From NCBI GenBank assembly GCA_963711835.1, contig CAVQFQ010000004.1:192001-256000 (forward strand): DNA of 64,000 nucleotides, written 5' to 3'. Of the stretch, positions 1 to 9,063 are shown in pieces (position 1 is the stretch's first letter; each line of letters begins with the position of its first letter). The notes under the pieces were generated by a model. The model made no database searches and was not told where the DNA came from. It saw only the letters and a list, made by a program, of their open reading frames with translations. The position numbers and the translations under genes are program-made. The stretch is from an uncultured delta proteobacterium. Lineage in GTDB: Bacteria > Desulfobacterota > RBG-13-43-22.

Positions 1-147
1 CCGGCCGGCTGCCTCTTCTTGGAGAGATCCTTTTGGAGGAATTATTAACAGGCACCTCCCTTTTATTATTTTTGTCAGGTGAGGCGGTTGTTCAATAATT
101 CAAAGACATCTTGGAATGATCTTTGTCGCCTTCTTGCCATAGTCTAA

Positions 148-582
148 TCATGTATTCAATCGTCCATGACGGCCGCGATTTAATTTTTTGATTGTAATAA
201 CACCTTGAAGCTGAAAAAGTTCGGGGTCTCCAGTCACAAGGATAGCCCCAAGTTGTTTGGCTTCAGCGGCGGCAAAGGCATCGGCATAAGAAATGGCATA
301 ATCCATTTTAAGGGCGGCCGCCGCCAAAACCGTTTTGTCGGTCGCCGGACGGATGGTTAAAGGCAGTCGATAAATGTTTTTTAATGTATCCTCGGCCTCG
401 TTTCGACCTTTTTCTTTCCCGATCCGATAATAAATTTCCCCTACATTAATGATGGAAATGAAAAGATCCGCCTTTCGATCCAGGCCTTCTTGAAGCAGTT
501 TACGAACTTGCGAGGCAGCCGGTTCTTCCTTCTGGAGCAGGGCCAAGAAAGCCCAGGCATCAAGAAGATAGATTTTGCTCAT
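148..582 (-). CDS. vapC: PIN-domain (VapC-like) toxin of type II TA system
   Basis: N-terminal YLLDAWA acidic motif, GEIYY, ISYADAFA and LVTGD motifs typical of PIN RNases; overlaps the upstream antitoxin. Confidence 0.9.
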   Translation of the reverse strand: MSKIYLLDAWAFLALLQKEEPAASQVRKLLQEGLDRKADLFISIINVGEIYYRIGKEKGRNEAEDTLKNIYRLPLTIRPATDKTVLAAAALKMDYAISYADAFAAAEAKQLGAILVTGDPELFQLQGVITIKKLNRGRHGRLNT

Positions 583-811
583 GTTGAATCTCTTGCCGGT
601 GTTCTTTTTCTAAGGCACCAAGCAAGTCCGTCCCCGAATACCGTCCGTACAATTGATCAATCGGGGAAGACGCCGAGATCAATTCCAAGACAATTTTCTT
701 TTCAACAACCTCAACGTGAAATTGAGTCCCGGTGCCCAAGGAAAGAGTCCGACGAATAGTCTTAGGAATGATCAGTTGTCCTTTTGATGAGAGTTTAGCT
801 GTTAAAGCCAC
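560..811 (-). CDS. AbrB/MazE/SpoVT-family antitoxin (VapB-like)
   Basis: KLSSKGQLIIPKTIRRTLSLGTG is the AbrB swapped-hairpin signature; lies directly upstream of the PIN gene. Confidence 0.9.
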   Translation of the reverse strand: MALTAKLSSKGQLIIPKTIRRTLSLGTGTQFHVEVVEKKIVLELISASSPIDQLYGRYSGTDLLGALEKEHRQEIQHEQNLSS

Positions 812-825
812 TTTGTTTCTCCACT

Positions 826-872
826 TCTTACTTTTTTAACAAAATAGTAAGATAATTCCCCGGGCTTGTCAA
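826..872 (-). promoter_or_regulatory. sigma70 promoter with overlapping palindromic operator for the TA operon
   Basis: Minus strand TTGACA (872-867), 17 bp, TACTAT (849-844); inverted repeat TCTTACT(826-832)...AGTAAGA(846-852) overlaps the -10, as expected for TA autorepression. Confidence 0.7.
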
Positions 873-957
873 GACCTAAAATATCCTTCCACTATTATCT
901 CCCTGGTAACATTTATAGGCAGAAATGCCGGCGCAGTCGGTATTTCTGCCTATGGTC

Positions 958-1779
958 TTACCTTTTCAAGGCCCGGGCATAGGCCAAGACGGCCTGGACA
1001 TAATTATCGCAGTGGTTGTAGGCGTACAGGGCTTCCTTCTTCTTAGCCGAATCCTTCAGGGACCATCCGAACGACTTCAGGTAATTGGCCATGCTGGCCA
1101 AGGCATCGGTCAGATTGTCGAGGTCCACGATCCCGTCGTCGTTTCCATCCACACCATATTTTACATAGGAGGAAGGCACAAACTGAGGAAGGCCGAAGGC
1201 CCCGGCCCAGGAACCCTTGATGGAGAGTGGATCCCTGTTCTGCTCCCGGGAAAATCGAAGCAGCTGCCCCAGTTCCTCTCCGGCCCAGTCGGAACGCCGG
1301 TTTTCAATCAGGGCCATGGTCAGCAGGCTGTTGAATATGGGAGTGTTTCCCACAAACCGGCCGAAGTTGGTTTCGATTCGGAGGAGAGCCACCAGGACCT
1401 CCCGGCCCACCCCGTAGGCAGACTCGATCTTCCCCAGTATATGCCGGTTGTCTCGCATTACGTTTTTCCCCTGTTTCACCGATATTTTGGTGAGCAGTCC
1501 GAAACGCCGACTGGTGTAATCCAGCCCCTTACCCCTCCGCTCGACAATCTCCGGGTAGAGCGTCACCCGGGGATCAGAAAAAACCCGAGCGAGGTCCTCC
1601 TCCGACAGGCCACGCGCTTTGAGCCTTAATAGAAGATCGTCCAGCCTTCCGTTATCAGCCGAAACCGGGGCCGCCAGGCCGGCGGTGTAAGCGGCGATGA
1701 GCAGAAAAACGCTCAGGCAAAAACCCGCGATGTGGGAACCCCCCAGCCGATTTAAATAAGTCTGAATTTTCCACTTCAT
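958..1779 (-). CDS. Lytic murein transglycosylase, MltB/SLT_2 family
   Basis: LRIETNFG catalytic Glu motif, GSWAGAFGLPQFVPSSY, EF-hand-like DGNDDGIVDL, ASMANYL, YNH. Confidence 0.9.
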   Translation of the reverse strand: MKWKIQTYLNRLGGSHIAGFCLSVFLLIAAYTAGLAAPVSADNGRLDDLLLRLKARGLSEEDLARVFSDPRVTLYPEIVERRGKGLDYTSRRFGLLTKISVKQGKNVMRDNRHILGKIESAYGVGREVLVALLRIETNFGRFVGNTPIFNSLLTMALIENRRSDWAGEELGQLLRFSREQNRDPLSIKGSWAGAFGLPQFVPSSYVKYGVDGNDDGIVDLDNLTDALASMANYLKSFGWSLKDSAKKKEALYAYNHCDNYVQAVLAYARALKR

Positions 1780-2738
1780 GTCGCCTTGATCTCCTCAAAG
1801 AGCAGACAGCGGACACGGTGAGATGAAGAGATGTCGGTGAGAGGAATGGAACCCTCCCGGCATTTCTCCATGACTTGCGGGCAGCGGGAGGCGAAGCGGC
1901 AGCCCGGGGGCGGGTCAACCGGAGAAGGCGGCTCGCCCGGCAGGTGATGGAGGCCGCAGGGCCTGGAAGGATCCAGGGAAGGGATGGAGGCGAACAGGGC
2001 CTGGGTATAAGGATGCAGGGGTTGGGCGAATAGTTCCTCTGTAGGCGCCTCTTCCATGACCTGGCCCACATACATGACCAGTACCCGGTCGGCAATGTGG
2101 CGCACCACCGACAGGTCGTGGGCCACGATAAGATAGGAAAGAGAGAATTTTTCCTGAAGCTCTTCCAGCAGGTTCAGGATCTGGGCTTGTATTGAAACGT
2201 CCAGGGCCGAAACCGGTTCATCACAGACAATGAACGACGGCCCCACGGCCAGGGCCCGGGCAATGCCGATCCGCTGCCTCTGGCCCCCGGAAAATTCGTG
2301 GGGATAACGCGACCCGTCTTCCTGGGAGAGCCCGACAATATCCAGGAGCTCCCCTACCCTCTTCTCCCTTTTGGGTTCGCCCATGATGGCCAATCCCTCT
2401 CCGACGATATCCACAACCGTCATCCTTGGATTGAGGGATCCGAAGGGGTCCTGAAAAACGATCTGCATTCTCCCTCGATATTCTTTCAATGATTTCCGAT
2501 CAAGACCGGCAATATCATGGCCTTCAAAGAGGATGCTCCCCGCCGTAGGACGCAGTAGTCTGACCAGGCACTTGCCCACCGTGGTCTTGCCGCAGCCGGA
2601 TTCCCCAACCAGGGCCAGGGTTTCTCCCTTCCCGACCGAAAAGGAAACCTGGTCCACAGCCTTGACGTATCCGGCGGCACGGCCCAAAAGCCCGCGCTTT
2701 ACGGGAAAATACATTTTCAGGTCTTTGACCTCAAGCAC
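1776..2738 (-). CDS. Oligopeptide/dipeptide ABC transporter ATP-binding protein (OppF/DppF-like)
   Basis: GESGCGKT, FSGGQRQR, CDEPVSALD, C-terminal GCRFASRCP domain. Confidence 0.95.
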   Translation of the reverse strand: MLEVKDLKMYFPVKRGLLGRAAGYVKAVDQVSFSVGKGETLALVGESGCGKTTVGKCLVRLLRPTAGSILFEGHDIAGLDRKSLKEYRGRMQIVFQDPFGSLNPRMTVVDIVGEGLAIMGEPKREKRVGELLDIVGLSQEDGSRYPHEFSGGQRQRIGIARALAVGPSFIVCDEPVSALDVSIQAQILNLLEELQEKFSLSYLIVAHDLSVVRHIADRVLVMYVGQVMEEAPTEELFAQPLHPYTQALFASIPSLDPSRPCGLHHLPGEPPSPVDPPPGCRFASRCPQVMEKCREGSIPLTDISSSHRVRCLLFEEIKAT

Positions 2739-3801
2739 CCTTCCCTGCCTCTCCTTTCCCCGTGTCTCCGCATCTCACCCTCTCCGCGTCTCCCGTCCCC
2801 CGGGTCCCTCCTTCTCCGCAACGCACCCAGCAGGCGCAACCATGGCCCTTGTCAACTTCTACCAAGGGCGGTTCTTCCGTTCGGCATTGCTCGATGACCA
2901 GAGGGCAGCGGGTGTGGAAGCGGCATCCCGGGGGAAACCGCGTCGCTGAAGGGACGGCCCCGGCAATGGTATGAAGACGCCGACCGCGCTCCGCCCGGCC
3001 CGGCAGGCTCTTAAAAAGCCCCTCGGTGTAGGGGTGCAGAAAAGAAGTAAAGATCGAACGGCAGGGACCGGACTCCACCACCTGGCCGGCGTACATGACC
3101 GCCACTTCGTCCGCCATCTCGGACACGATACCCAGATCATGGGTAATGAGCAGGACGGCCGTGCCGCTCTCGGCCTGGAGGTCCTTGATCAGTCGCAATA
3201 TGCCGGCCTGGATGGTTACATCGAGGGCCGTCGTCGGCTCATCGGCTATCAGCAGGTTGGGTTTGAGGCACAAGGCCATGGCGATCATCACCCTTTGCTT
3301 CATGCCGCCGGAAAGCTGATGCGGGTATTGCTGCATCCGCTGGCGCGGGGCGGAGATCCCGACTTTGGCCAGATATTCCAGGGCAATCTTACCGGCCTCC
3401 CCCTTGCCCATGCCGGTATGGACACGCACGGCCTCCATGATCTGCCCGCCGATGGTGAAGACCGGGTTCAGGCTGGTCATGGGTTCCTGAAAAATCATCG
3501 AGGCCAGGCGGCCTCTGATATCGCGCAGCTCAACCTCGGGAAGGGAGACTATTTCCCGGCCTGATAAGGTTATTTTTCCGCCGACAATCCGGCCCGGGGG
3601 CGAAGGAATCAGCCTCAGGATGGAAAGGGCCGTAACCGACTTGCCGCAGCCCGATTCGCCGACCAAACCGATGGTCCGGTTTTTCCCCAGGCTGATCGAG
3701 ACCCCGTCCACCGCCCTGGCCACGCCGTCGCCGGTGTAGAAGTAGGTCCTCAGGTCTTCTATTTTCAGTACGGGTTCCAATCGCTTCTGTCGGCCTCTCA
3801 A
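2731..3801 (-). CDS. Oligopeptide/dipeptide ABC transporter ATP-binding protein (OppD/DppD-like); start may be the TTG at 3780
   Basis: GESGCGKS, LSGGMKQR, ADEPTTALD, GCRFHTRCP. Confidence 0.95.
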   Translation of the reverse strand: MRGRQKRLEPVLKIEDLRTYFYTGDGVARAVDGVSISLGKNRTIGLVGESGCGKSVTALSILRLIPSPPGRIVGGKITLSGREIVSLPEVELRDIRGRLASMIFQEPMTSLNPVFTIGGQIMEAVRVHTGMGKGEAGKIALEYLAKVGISAPRQRMQQYPHQLSGGMKQRVMIAMALCLKPNLLIADEPTTALDVTIQAGILRLIKDLQAESGTAVLLITHDLGIVSEMADEVAVMYAGQVVESGPCRSIFTSFLHPYTEGLFKSLPGRAERGRRLHTIAGAVPSATRFPPGCRFHTRCPLVIEQCRTEEPPLVEVDKGHGCACWVRCGEGGTRGTGDAERVRCGDTGKGEAGKGA

Positions 3802-3824
3802 AAAAAAGGAAGAGAAAATACTTT

Positions 3825-4021
3825 GCCACGGACAAAGACTGGACAGGGTGGCGGTCCACTGAGGCGGACCGCCACCTTAATCGCCAGCGCCTTTGGCGCA
3901 TATCAGGTTCTTATGCGAAGCGATGGCCTGTTTTGCCTGTTCATTAGCCTGCCCCGTAGGCATTAATACAGGGTCGAACAGGCAAAAATAATTGTCCGTT
4001 TTTGTCTGTGTGGGTCTGTGG
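3825..4021. repeat. Nested palindromic (REP/REPIN-like) intergenic element
   Basis: Perfect 11-bp stem 3847-3857/3866-3876 and perfect 12-bp stem 3931-3942/3976-3987, enclosed by an imperfect outer IR 3826-3845/3993-4010. Confidence 0.65.
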
Positions 4022-4030
4022 TAAAAAAAC

Positions 4031-5026
4031 TCACCCCTGTCTCAGGCGCGGATCCATAGCGTCGCGCAGGGCATCCGCAAAAAGATTAAAAGCCAGCACC
4101 AGCACGAACAAGAAGATCGAGGCCCCGGTCAGGTTCCACCAGATGGCATTGGGCAGTTCCCGGTCGGCCATCATGATCATCCTGCCCCAGCTCCCTGTTC
4201 CCGGCTCCACCCCGATACCGATGTAGGTCAGCACGGTCTCGGACATGACCAGTGAAGAAAAGTCCAGGGTCATCTCAATAATGACCAGATATAAGACATT
4301 GGGCAGGATATGCCTGAAAAGCAGCCGCAGATCCCCGGCCCCCAGGGCCCGGGCGGCCTCGATGTACTCCATGTTCTTGACCTTAAGGGTCTCGCCCCGG
4401 ATGAGCCGGCAGAGGCCCACCCAGGAGGTAACCCCAAGGGCGACGCAGAGCTGCCACAACCCCCGTTCCATCACCATAAGCATGGCGATCAGCAGCAGGA
4501 TGCCCGGAATGGAAGAGAGCACCTGATAGATGTACTGGATCAGGTCATCCACCCAGCCGCCGTAATAACCGGCCAACAGCCCGAGAAGGATGGCAAAGAA
4601 AACAGCCACCAGCGAGGGAACGATCCCGATGATGAAGGCCGTCCTCACCCCTTTGAGGGCGTTGTAAAGCACATCCTCCCCCAGGTTGTTGGTTCCCAGC
4701 AGGTGACGCGACTTCAGTGAAAACTCCTGGCGGTTGAGGACGCCTTTTTCAGCCAGGGGAGGCGAATAGGAGCGTTCGACCTCCTTCTGAAATAGGGCGT
4801 CAAGGACGGTCCGATTCCACTTGAGGCCGCCGGCACCTTGTTGTGGCAGAGGTATCGAATCCATAAGGGCGACCAGAGCGAAGAGACAGATGACGCAGAA
4901 ACCTGCCCAGGCCAGCCTGTCTTTCCTGATCCGCTTTGTGGCAATTTTTAGATGTGATTCCGCCAACTCCGTTTTACCTCTTTTGCGCCCTTTGCGCCTT
5001 TGCGGTGGAATATGCTTTTCATTCAA
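4031..5026 (-). CDS. Peptide ABC transporter permease (OppC/DppC-like)
   Basis: HLLGTNNLGED, EYIEAARALGA EAA motif, FNLFADALRDAMDP. Confidence 0.95.
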   Translation of the reverse strand: MNEKHIPPQRRKGRKRGKTELAESHLKIATKRIRKDRLAWAGFCVICLFALVALMDSIPLPQQGAGGLKWNRTVLDALFQKEVERSYSPPLAEKGVLNRQEFSLKSRHLLGTNNLGEDVLYNALKGVRTAFIIGIVPSLVAVFFAILLGLLAGYYGGWVDDLIQYIYQVLSSIPGILLLIAMLMVMERGLWQLCVALGVTSWVGLCRLIRGETLKVKNMEYIEAARALGAGDLRLLFRHILPNVLYLVIIEMTLDFSSLVMSETVLTYIGIGVEPGTGSWGRMIMMADRELPNAIWWNLTGASIFLFVLVLAFNLFADALRDAMDPRLRQG

Positions 5027-6002
5027 AGGCCACCCGGGGATCTACCAGGGTGTAGCTGATGTCCGTCAGGATGCTGCCGGCAATGTAAAGCAGTGAATAG
5101 ATATAAACCAGGGTCCGAATGACCGGATAATCGTGATTGTTGATGGCGTTGAGCATCAGGTTGCCCATGCCGGGAATGCCGAAATACATCTCGAGCAGCA
5201 AGCTCCCGGTGATAAGAAAAGGGATGGAAAGCACGGTGACCGTCAGGATGGGGATCATGGCGTTCTTGAGCACATGTTTAAAAAGCACCCCCTCCTCGCT
5301 TACCCCCTTGGCCAGGGCGGTGCGGACATAATCGGCCCGCACCTCATTGAGCATGACGGTCCGATAGAACCGGACCCCTCCTCCCAATCCGGCGGCCACG
5401 GCCAGGATAACCGGCAGGAGTACGAACTTCCAGGCCCCGGCGCCGAATTCATAACCGTAGATGGGGAAGTATTTGAACACAACCGCCAGCAGGTATTGGC
5501 CGACGATGATGTAATTCAGAATGACGATGCTCATCAGTATGACACAGATAAATAAGGCCAGCCGGTCGATGTACGTGCCGCGGTAAAAGGCAATAAAAAG
5601 CGCAATAGGCAAGGTCACCAGGATAGAGAGCAGGAAAGCCGGAATGGTGATCGTCAGTGAAGGACCGATCTTCTGCTTCAATAGGTCGCTCACCTGTTCA
5701 TGGAGATAATCCGATTTGGGGAATTTAAAGAGTAAAAGCTCTTTCATGTGATTCCAGAAGCGGCTGTCGAAGGCCTGAATGCGGCCGTCCTTTCCGGGTT
5801 TAAAATTAAAAAAGAGGGGCTTGTCCATGCCGTGGGCCTTGACCCAGGCCGTGACTTGCTTCTCGGTCGGGTTCTTTCCAAGCTGTTTCCGGGCGATCGC
5901 CTCGGGTGAGGCGAAGACATTGAAAAGCAGAAAAGTAACCAGGCAGACCCCGATCACGGTGGGAATGGCCAGCAGCAGACGGCGGATGATATAGGTCAGC
6001 AC
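5019..6002 (-). CDS. Peptide ABC transporter permease (OppB/DppB-like)
   Basis: YIIRRLL start, DYVRTALAKG, KHVLKNA, DISYTLVDPR. Confidence 0.95.
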   Translation of the reverse strand: MLTYIIRRLLLAIPTVIGVCLVTFLLFNVFASPEAIARKQLGKNPTEKQVTAWVKAHGMDKPLFFNFKPGKDGRIQAFDSRFWNHMKELLLFKFPKSDYLHEQVSDLLKQKIGPSLTITIPAFLLSILVTLPIALFIAFYRGTYIDRLALFICVILMSIVILNYIIVGQYLLAVVFKYFPIYGYEFGAGAWKFVLLPVILAVAAGLGGGVRFYRTVMLNEVRADYVRTALAKGVSEEGVLFKHVLKNAMIPILTVTVLSIPFLITGSLLLEMYFGIPGMGNLMLNAINNHDYPVIRTLVYIYSLLYIAGSILTDISYTLVDPRVAFE

Positions 6003-7946
6003 TTACTTCCTCCTTCTTCGATAGGTCAGCACCATGGCCGGGATTGAAATGGCCAGCAGCAGCAGGGCGGCGTAGAGCAGGATCCTCACGTTGGGCCGGT
6101 TTTCGGCCTCCCGGTAGGCCCGCCTCATTTCCGGATCAATCCGGATATACTTCCGGTAGTTGCCGGAGATGCTGTGGGACTTGCCGTTTTTTACCCAGGC
6201 CTGGCGTAAGACATAGGAGGGGGAATGAATATTGAAGATCCAGGGGCACTCCTCGACCACGATGGCCACCATCTTCCGGATCACCGCCTCCCGCTCCGGC
6301 GTGTTTTCCATGATCTTCATCTGCTCGTAGAGGCGGTCGTATTCCGGATTGGCAAAGGAAGAACCGTTCGGGTTGGGGGGGGCGTTGGGGCCGTAGAGCA
6401 GTTGAAGAAAGTTTTCCGGGTCGGGATAATCGGCATTCCAGCCCAGGGAAAACATCTGGAAGGTCCCTTTGTGGCTTCGTTCCAGGTGCTGAGACCAGGT
6501 ATTCACCTGGAGCTTCATCTTGAGCCCGAGCTGTTCAAAACAGCGCATGTCGAAGGTGGCCACCTCACGGGCCCGGGTGGAGTCGGACCCTATGTCATAG
6601 GTCAATTCCAGCGGTTTGCCGGTCTTGGGATCAATCCCTTCTGGATAACCGGCCTTGGCCAGAAGCTCCCTGGCCTTGGCCGGGTCATAGGCTTTATAAG
6701 GATTTCTCAAGGTCGGATCGTAGCCGAAAATACCCGGGGGTAAGGGTCCCTGGGCGTTGATGGCCCGGCCGTTCAGGAAGATCTGGTTGTACAGGTCCGT
6801 ATCATAAGCCAGGGACATGGCCTGGCGCAGATATTTGTTCTTTCCCAAAAGGGGGTCGCGCATGTTGAAGGCCAAATAAAAGACCGATAGTTCGCTGGCG
6901 ATTTCGAGCGAGATCCCCTTTTTGACGAATCGGTCCGAAAGCTCCAGGTTTTTGGTAACCACCTTGTCGAACTGCTCCTGGGGGATCCCGGATGCATCCA
7001 GATAACCCTGGAGGAAAAGAAGCCAGACCGGCTGGCCGGCGGATATGATGGTGTACCAGACCTCATCCAAAAAAGGCAAGTGTTTACCGGCGTCGGCCAG
7101 GAGGCCTTTCTCCCGGTCGCCCGGAGCGCCGCTTAAAGGATAAGTTTCCTTTCTGAAGCTGGGGCTTCTGTCCATGATGATCCGGTGCTGCCGCTTCCAC
7201 TGTTTGAGCCGGTAAGCGCCGGTCCCGACCGGATGGCGGGAAAAGCCTTCCCGCCCAGGGGCGTTGTAATAGTCCACCGCTTCCCTGGCCACCGGAGCGG
7301 TGTAAGGCATGCTCATCACATAAATAAAAGCCGGAAAGGGCTCGGTCAAGGTGACTTTCAAGGTCTGGTCGTCAAGGGCCTTCAGCCCTTCGATCTCCCA
7401 GACATAATCCGCTTTCCCGGCCGCGACGGCCCGGTTGAAAAAGGCATCTAACCCTTTTATTTTGCCCGAAACCAGCCAATAGCCGGTGGATTGAACCGCC
7501 GGATCAGCCAGTCTTTTAATGGCATAGATCACATCATCGGCGGTCACGCGACGCCCCCTGCCTCCCGGGAAACAGGGATCATCCTGGAAAAAGATGTCCG
7601 GCCTCAATTTGAATTGATATTCCATCCTGGCCTTTTTGACCCTTTTCCCTTTCTCCTGCACCTCCTCGTAAAAAATCCGCTTCTCCGGAAAGGCGGCCGC
7701 CAGGGCCGGTATAACCGTGTAGGGCCGGTCAAGGTAGGCGTTCTGAAAAAGAGAGTCGTATATCTGGCAGAGGATCTCGGCCGAGGTGGTGTCGGAAACC
7801 TGCGCCGGATCAAGGGTCCTGGGGTCTTCGCCGAGGGCGGCGTAGCCGATCAATTTTCGGTCTTCCGGAGGATAGGGGTTGTTTCCGCAGGCCTGGACAA
7901 AGGCCGTCAGCATTAAAGCAAGCCATAAAATTCTATTTTTTTTCAT
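6003..7946 (-). CDS. Peptide ABC transporter substrate-binding lipoprotein (SBP family 5) with extra C-terminal TM helix
   Basis: Lipobox FVQAC, LDPA, PVGTGAY, GWNADYPDP; C-terminal hydrophobic stretch followed by RRRRK. Confidence 0.92.
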   Translation of the reverse strand: MKKNRILWLALMLTAFVQACGNNPYPPEDRKLIGYAALGEDPRTLDPAQVSDTTSAEILCQIYDSLFQNAYLDRPYTVIPALAAAFPEKRIFYEEVQEKGKRVKKARMEYQFKLRPDIFFQDDPCFPGGRGRRVTADDVIYAIKRLADPAVQSTGYWLVSGKIKGLDAFFNRAVAAGKADYVWEIEGLKALDDQTLKVTLTEPFPAFIYVMSMPYTAPVAREAVDYYNAPGREGFSRHPVGTGAYRLKQWKRQHRIIMDRSPSFRKETYPLSGAPGDREKGLLADAGKHLPFLDEVWYTIISAGQPVWLLFLQGYLDASGIPQEQFDKVVTKNLELSDRFVKKGISLEIASELSVFYLAFNMRDPLLGKNKYLRQAMSLAYDTDLYNQIFLNGRAINAQGPLPPGIFGYDPTLRNPYKAYDPAKARELLAKAGYPEGIDPKTGKPLELTYDIGSDSTRAREVATFDMRCFEQLGLKMKLQVNTWSQHLERSHKGTFQMFSLGWNADYPDPENFLQLLYGPNAPPNPNGSSFANPEYDRLYEQMKIMENTPEREAVIRKMVAIVVEECPWIFNIHSPSYVLRQAWVKNGKSHSISGNYRKYIRIDPEMRRAYREAENRPNVRILLYAALLLLAISIPAMVLTYRRRRK

Positions 7947-8220
7947 TCTTACCCTTTAGACAACCCCAGAAAAAAGACCCCCCGGTCCCTGTTGGTCACT
8001 ATTATTTTGAGACCCTTAATAAATAATGACCTTAGGGCTTGATTATCTTTTTTAGATTTGTTGAATATAAAATAGGGAGGTAATGGGGGTCAAGGGGAAA
8101 GATTTGGGCCTTGAGCAAGGAAAGCCGGGCTTAAGGAATCCCAAGGGCTGAAAAGGGCGGCCTGTTGTTTTCGCTTGATTAGTATGGTATGGGTCAGAAA
8201 CGGAATCCGAAACAGAGGAC

Positions 8221-8976
8221 ATGGCCATGCCCGTTCAGGTAAAATTGGATCACCTTACCATTGTGCTGCATCAACCCCGCTTTGCCGAAAACATCGGCTC
8301 CACGGCCCGGGCAGCCTGGAACATGGGGCTGACTCATTTAGCGGTGGTCAATCCCGAAGATACCGACTGGGAACGGATGACCAAGCTTTCAACCCATGTG
8401 GCCCGGGGACTCCTGGAAAAAATGGAGGTCCATACTTCCCTGGCCGAGGCCCTGGCCCCGTATCAGTTTATCATCGGCACAACGGCCCGATTGGGGGGAC
8501 AGCGAAAAGAACTCATCACCCCGAACCAGGCCGCCCAAAAAGTCCGTTCCCTGGGAAACCGGAACCGGGTGGCTCTCCTTTTCGGACCGGAGAACCGGGG
8601 CCTCAGCAACGAGGAATTGCGTTTTTGCCAGACCGTGGTAAATATCCCGACCGCTTCCGAGAGTTCCCTCAACCTGGCCCAGGCCGTATTGATCCTTTGT
8701 TATGAAATCCTTCTGGCCCTTCAGGAAGAGAGTCCCGAACCCGCCCTCCCGCCTCTGGCAACCTCCTTTGAACTGGAGGGAATGTATCGGCATCTTTCCG
8801 AGGTGCTTCAGATGATGGATTTTCTGGATGACCAAAACCCCGAACTCTGGATGATGAGCCTGCGACGATTTTTTGCCCGCACCGGCCTTCACTCGAACGA
8901 GGTCCGCCTGATACGCGGGATCTGCCGCCAACTGAAATGGTTCGTCACCAACCAAAGGGAACAAAAATCCGAATGA
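8221..8976 (+). CDS. trmJ: SPOUT tRNA/rRNA 2'-O-methyltransferase, TrmJ/LasT family
   Basis: ENIGSTARA, GTTAR, LLFGPENRGL, SLNLAQAV motifs. Confidence 0.85.
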   Translation: MAMPVQVKLDHLTIVLHQPRFAENIGSTARAAWNMGLTHLAVVNPEDTDWERMTKLSTHVARGLLEKMEVHTSLAEALAPYQFIIGTTARLGGQRKELITPNQAAQKVRSLGNRNRVALLFGPENRGLSNEELRFCQTVVNIPTASESSLNLAQAVLILCYEILLALQEESPEPALPPLATSFELEGMYRHLSEVLQMMDFLDDQNPELWMMSLRRFFARTGLHSNEVRLIRGICRQLKWFVTNQREQKSE

Positions 8977-9014
8977 ATTCTTTTTCCATAATTTTTTGCC
9001 CGTTCTTAATCCTG

Positions 9015-9049
9015 GGCCTATCGCCTCACGCCTTACGCCTTACGCCTTA
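9015..9049. repeat. Heptamer tandem array (CGCCTTA)n
   Basis: GGCCTAT CGCCTCA CGCCTTA CGCCTTA CGCCTTA just upstream of mutM. Confidence 0.8.
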
Positions 9050-9063
9050 TGCAGGGGACCTAT

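Noticed and set aside
148-811. TA pair as a novel defence system
   Set aside because: It is a canonical AbrB-PIN (VapBC) organisation with an ordinary autoregulatory operator.
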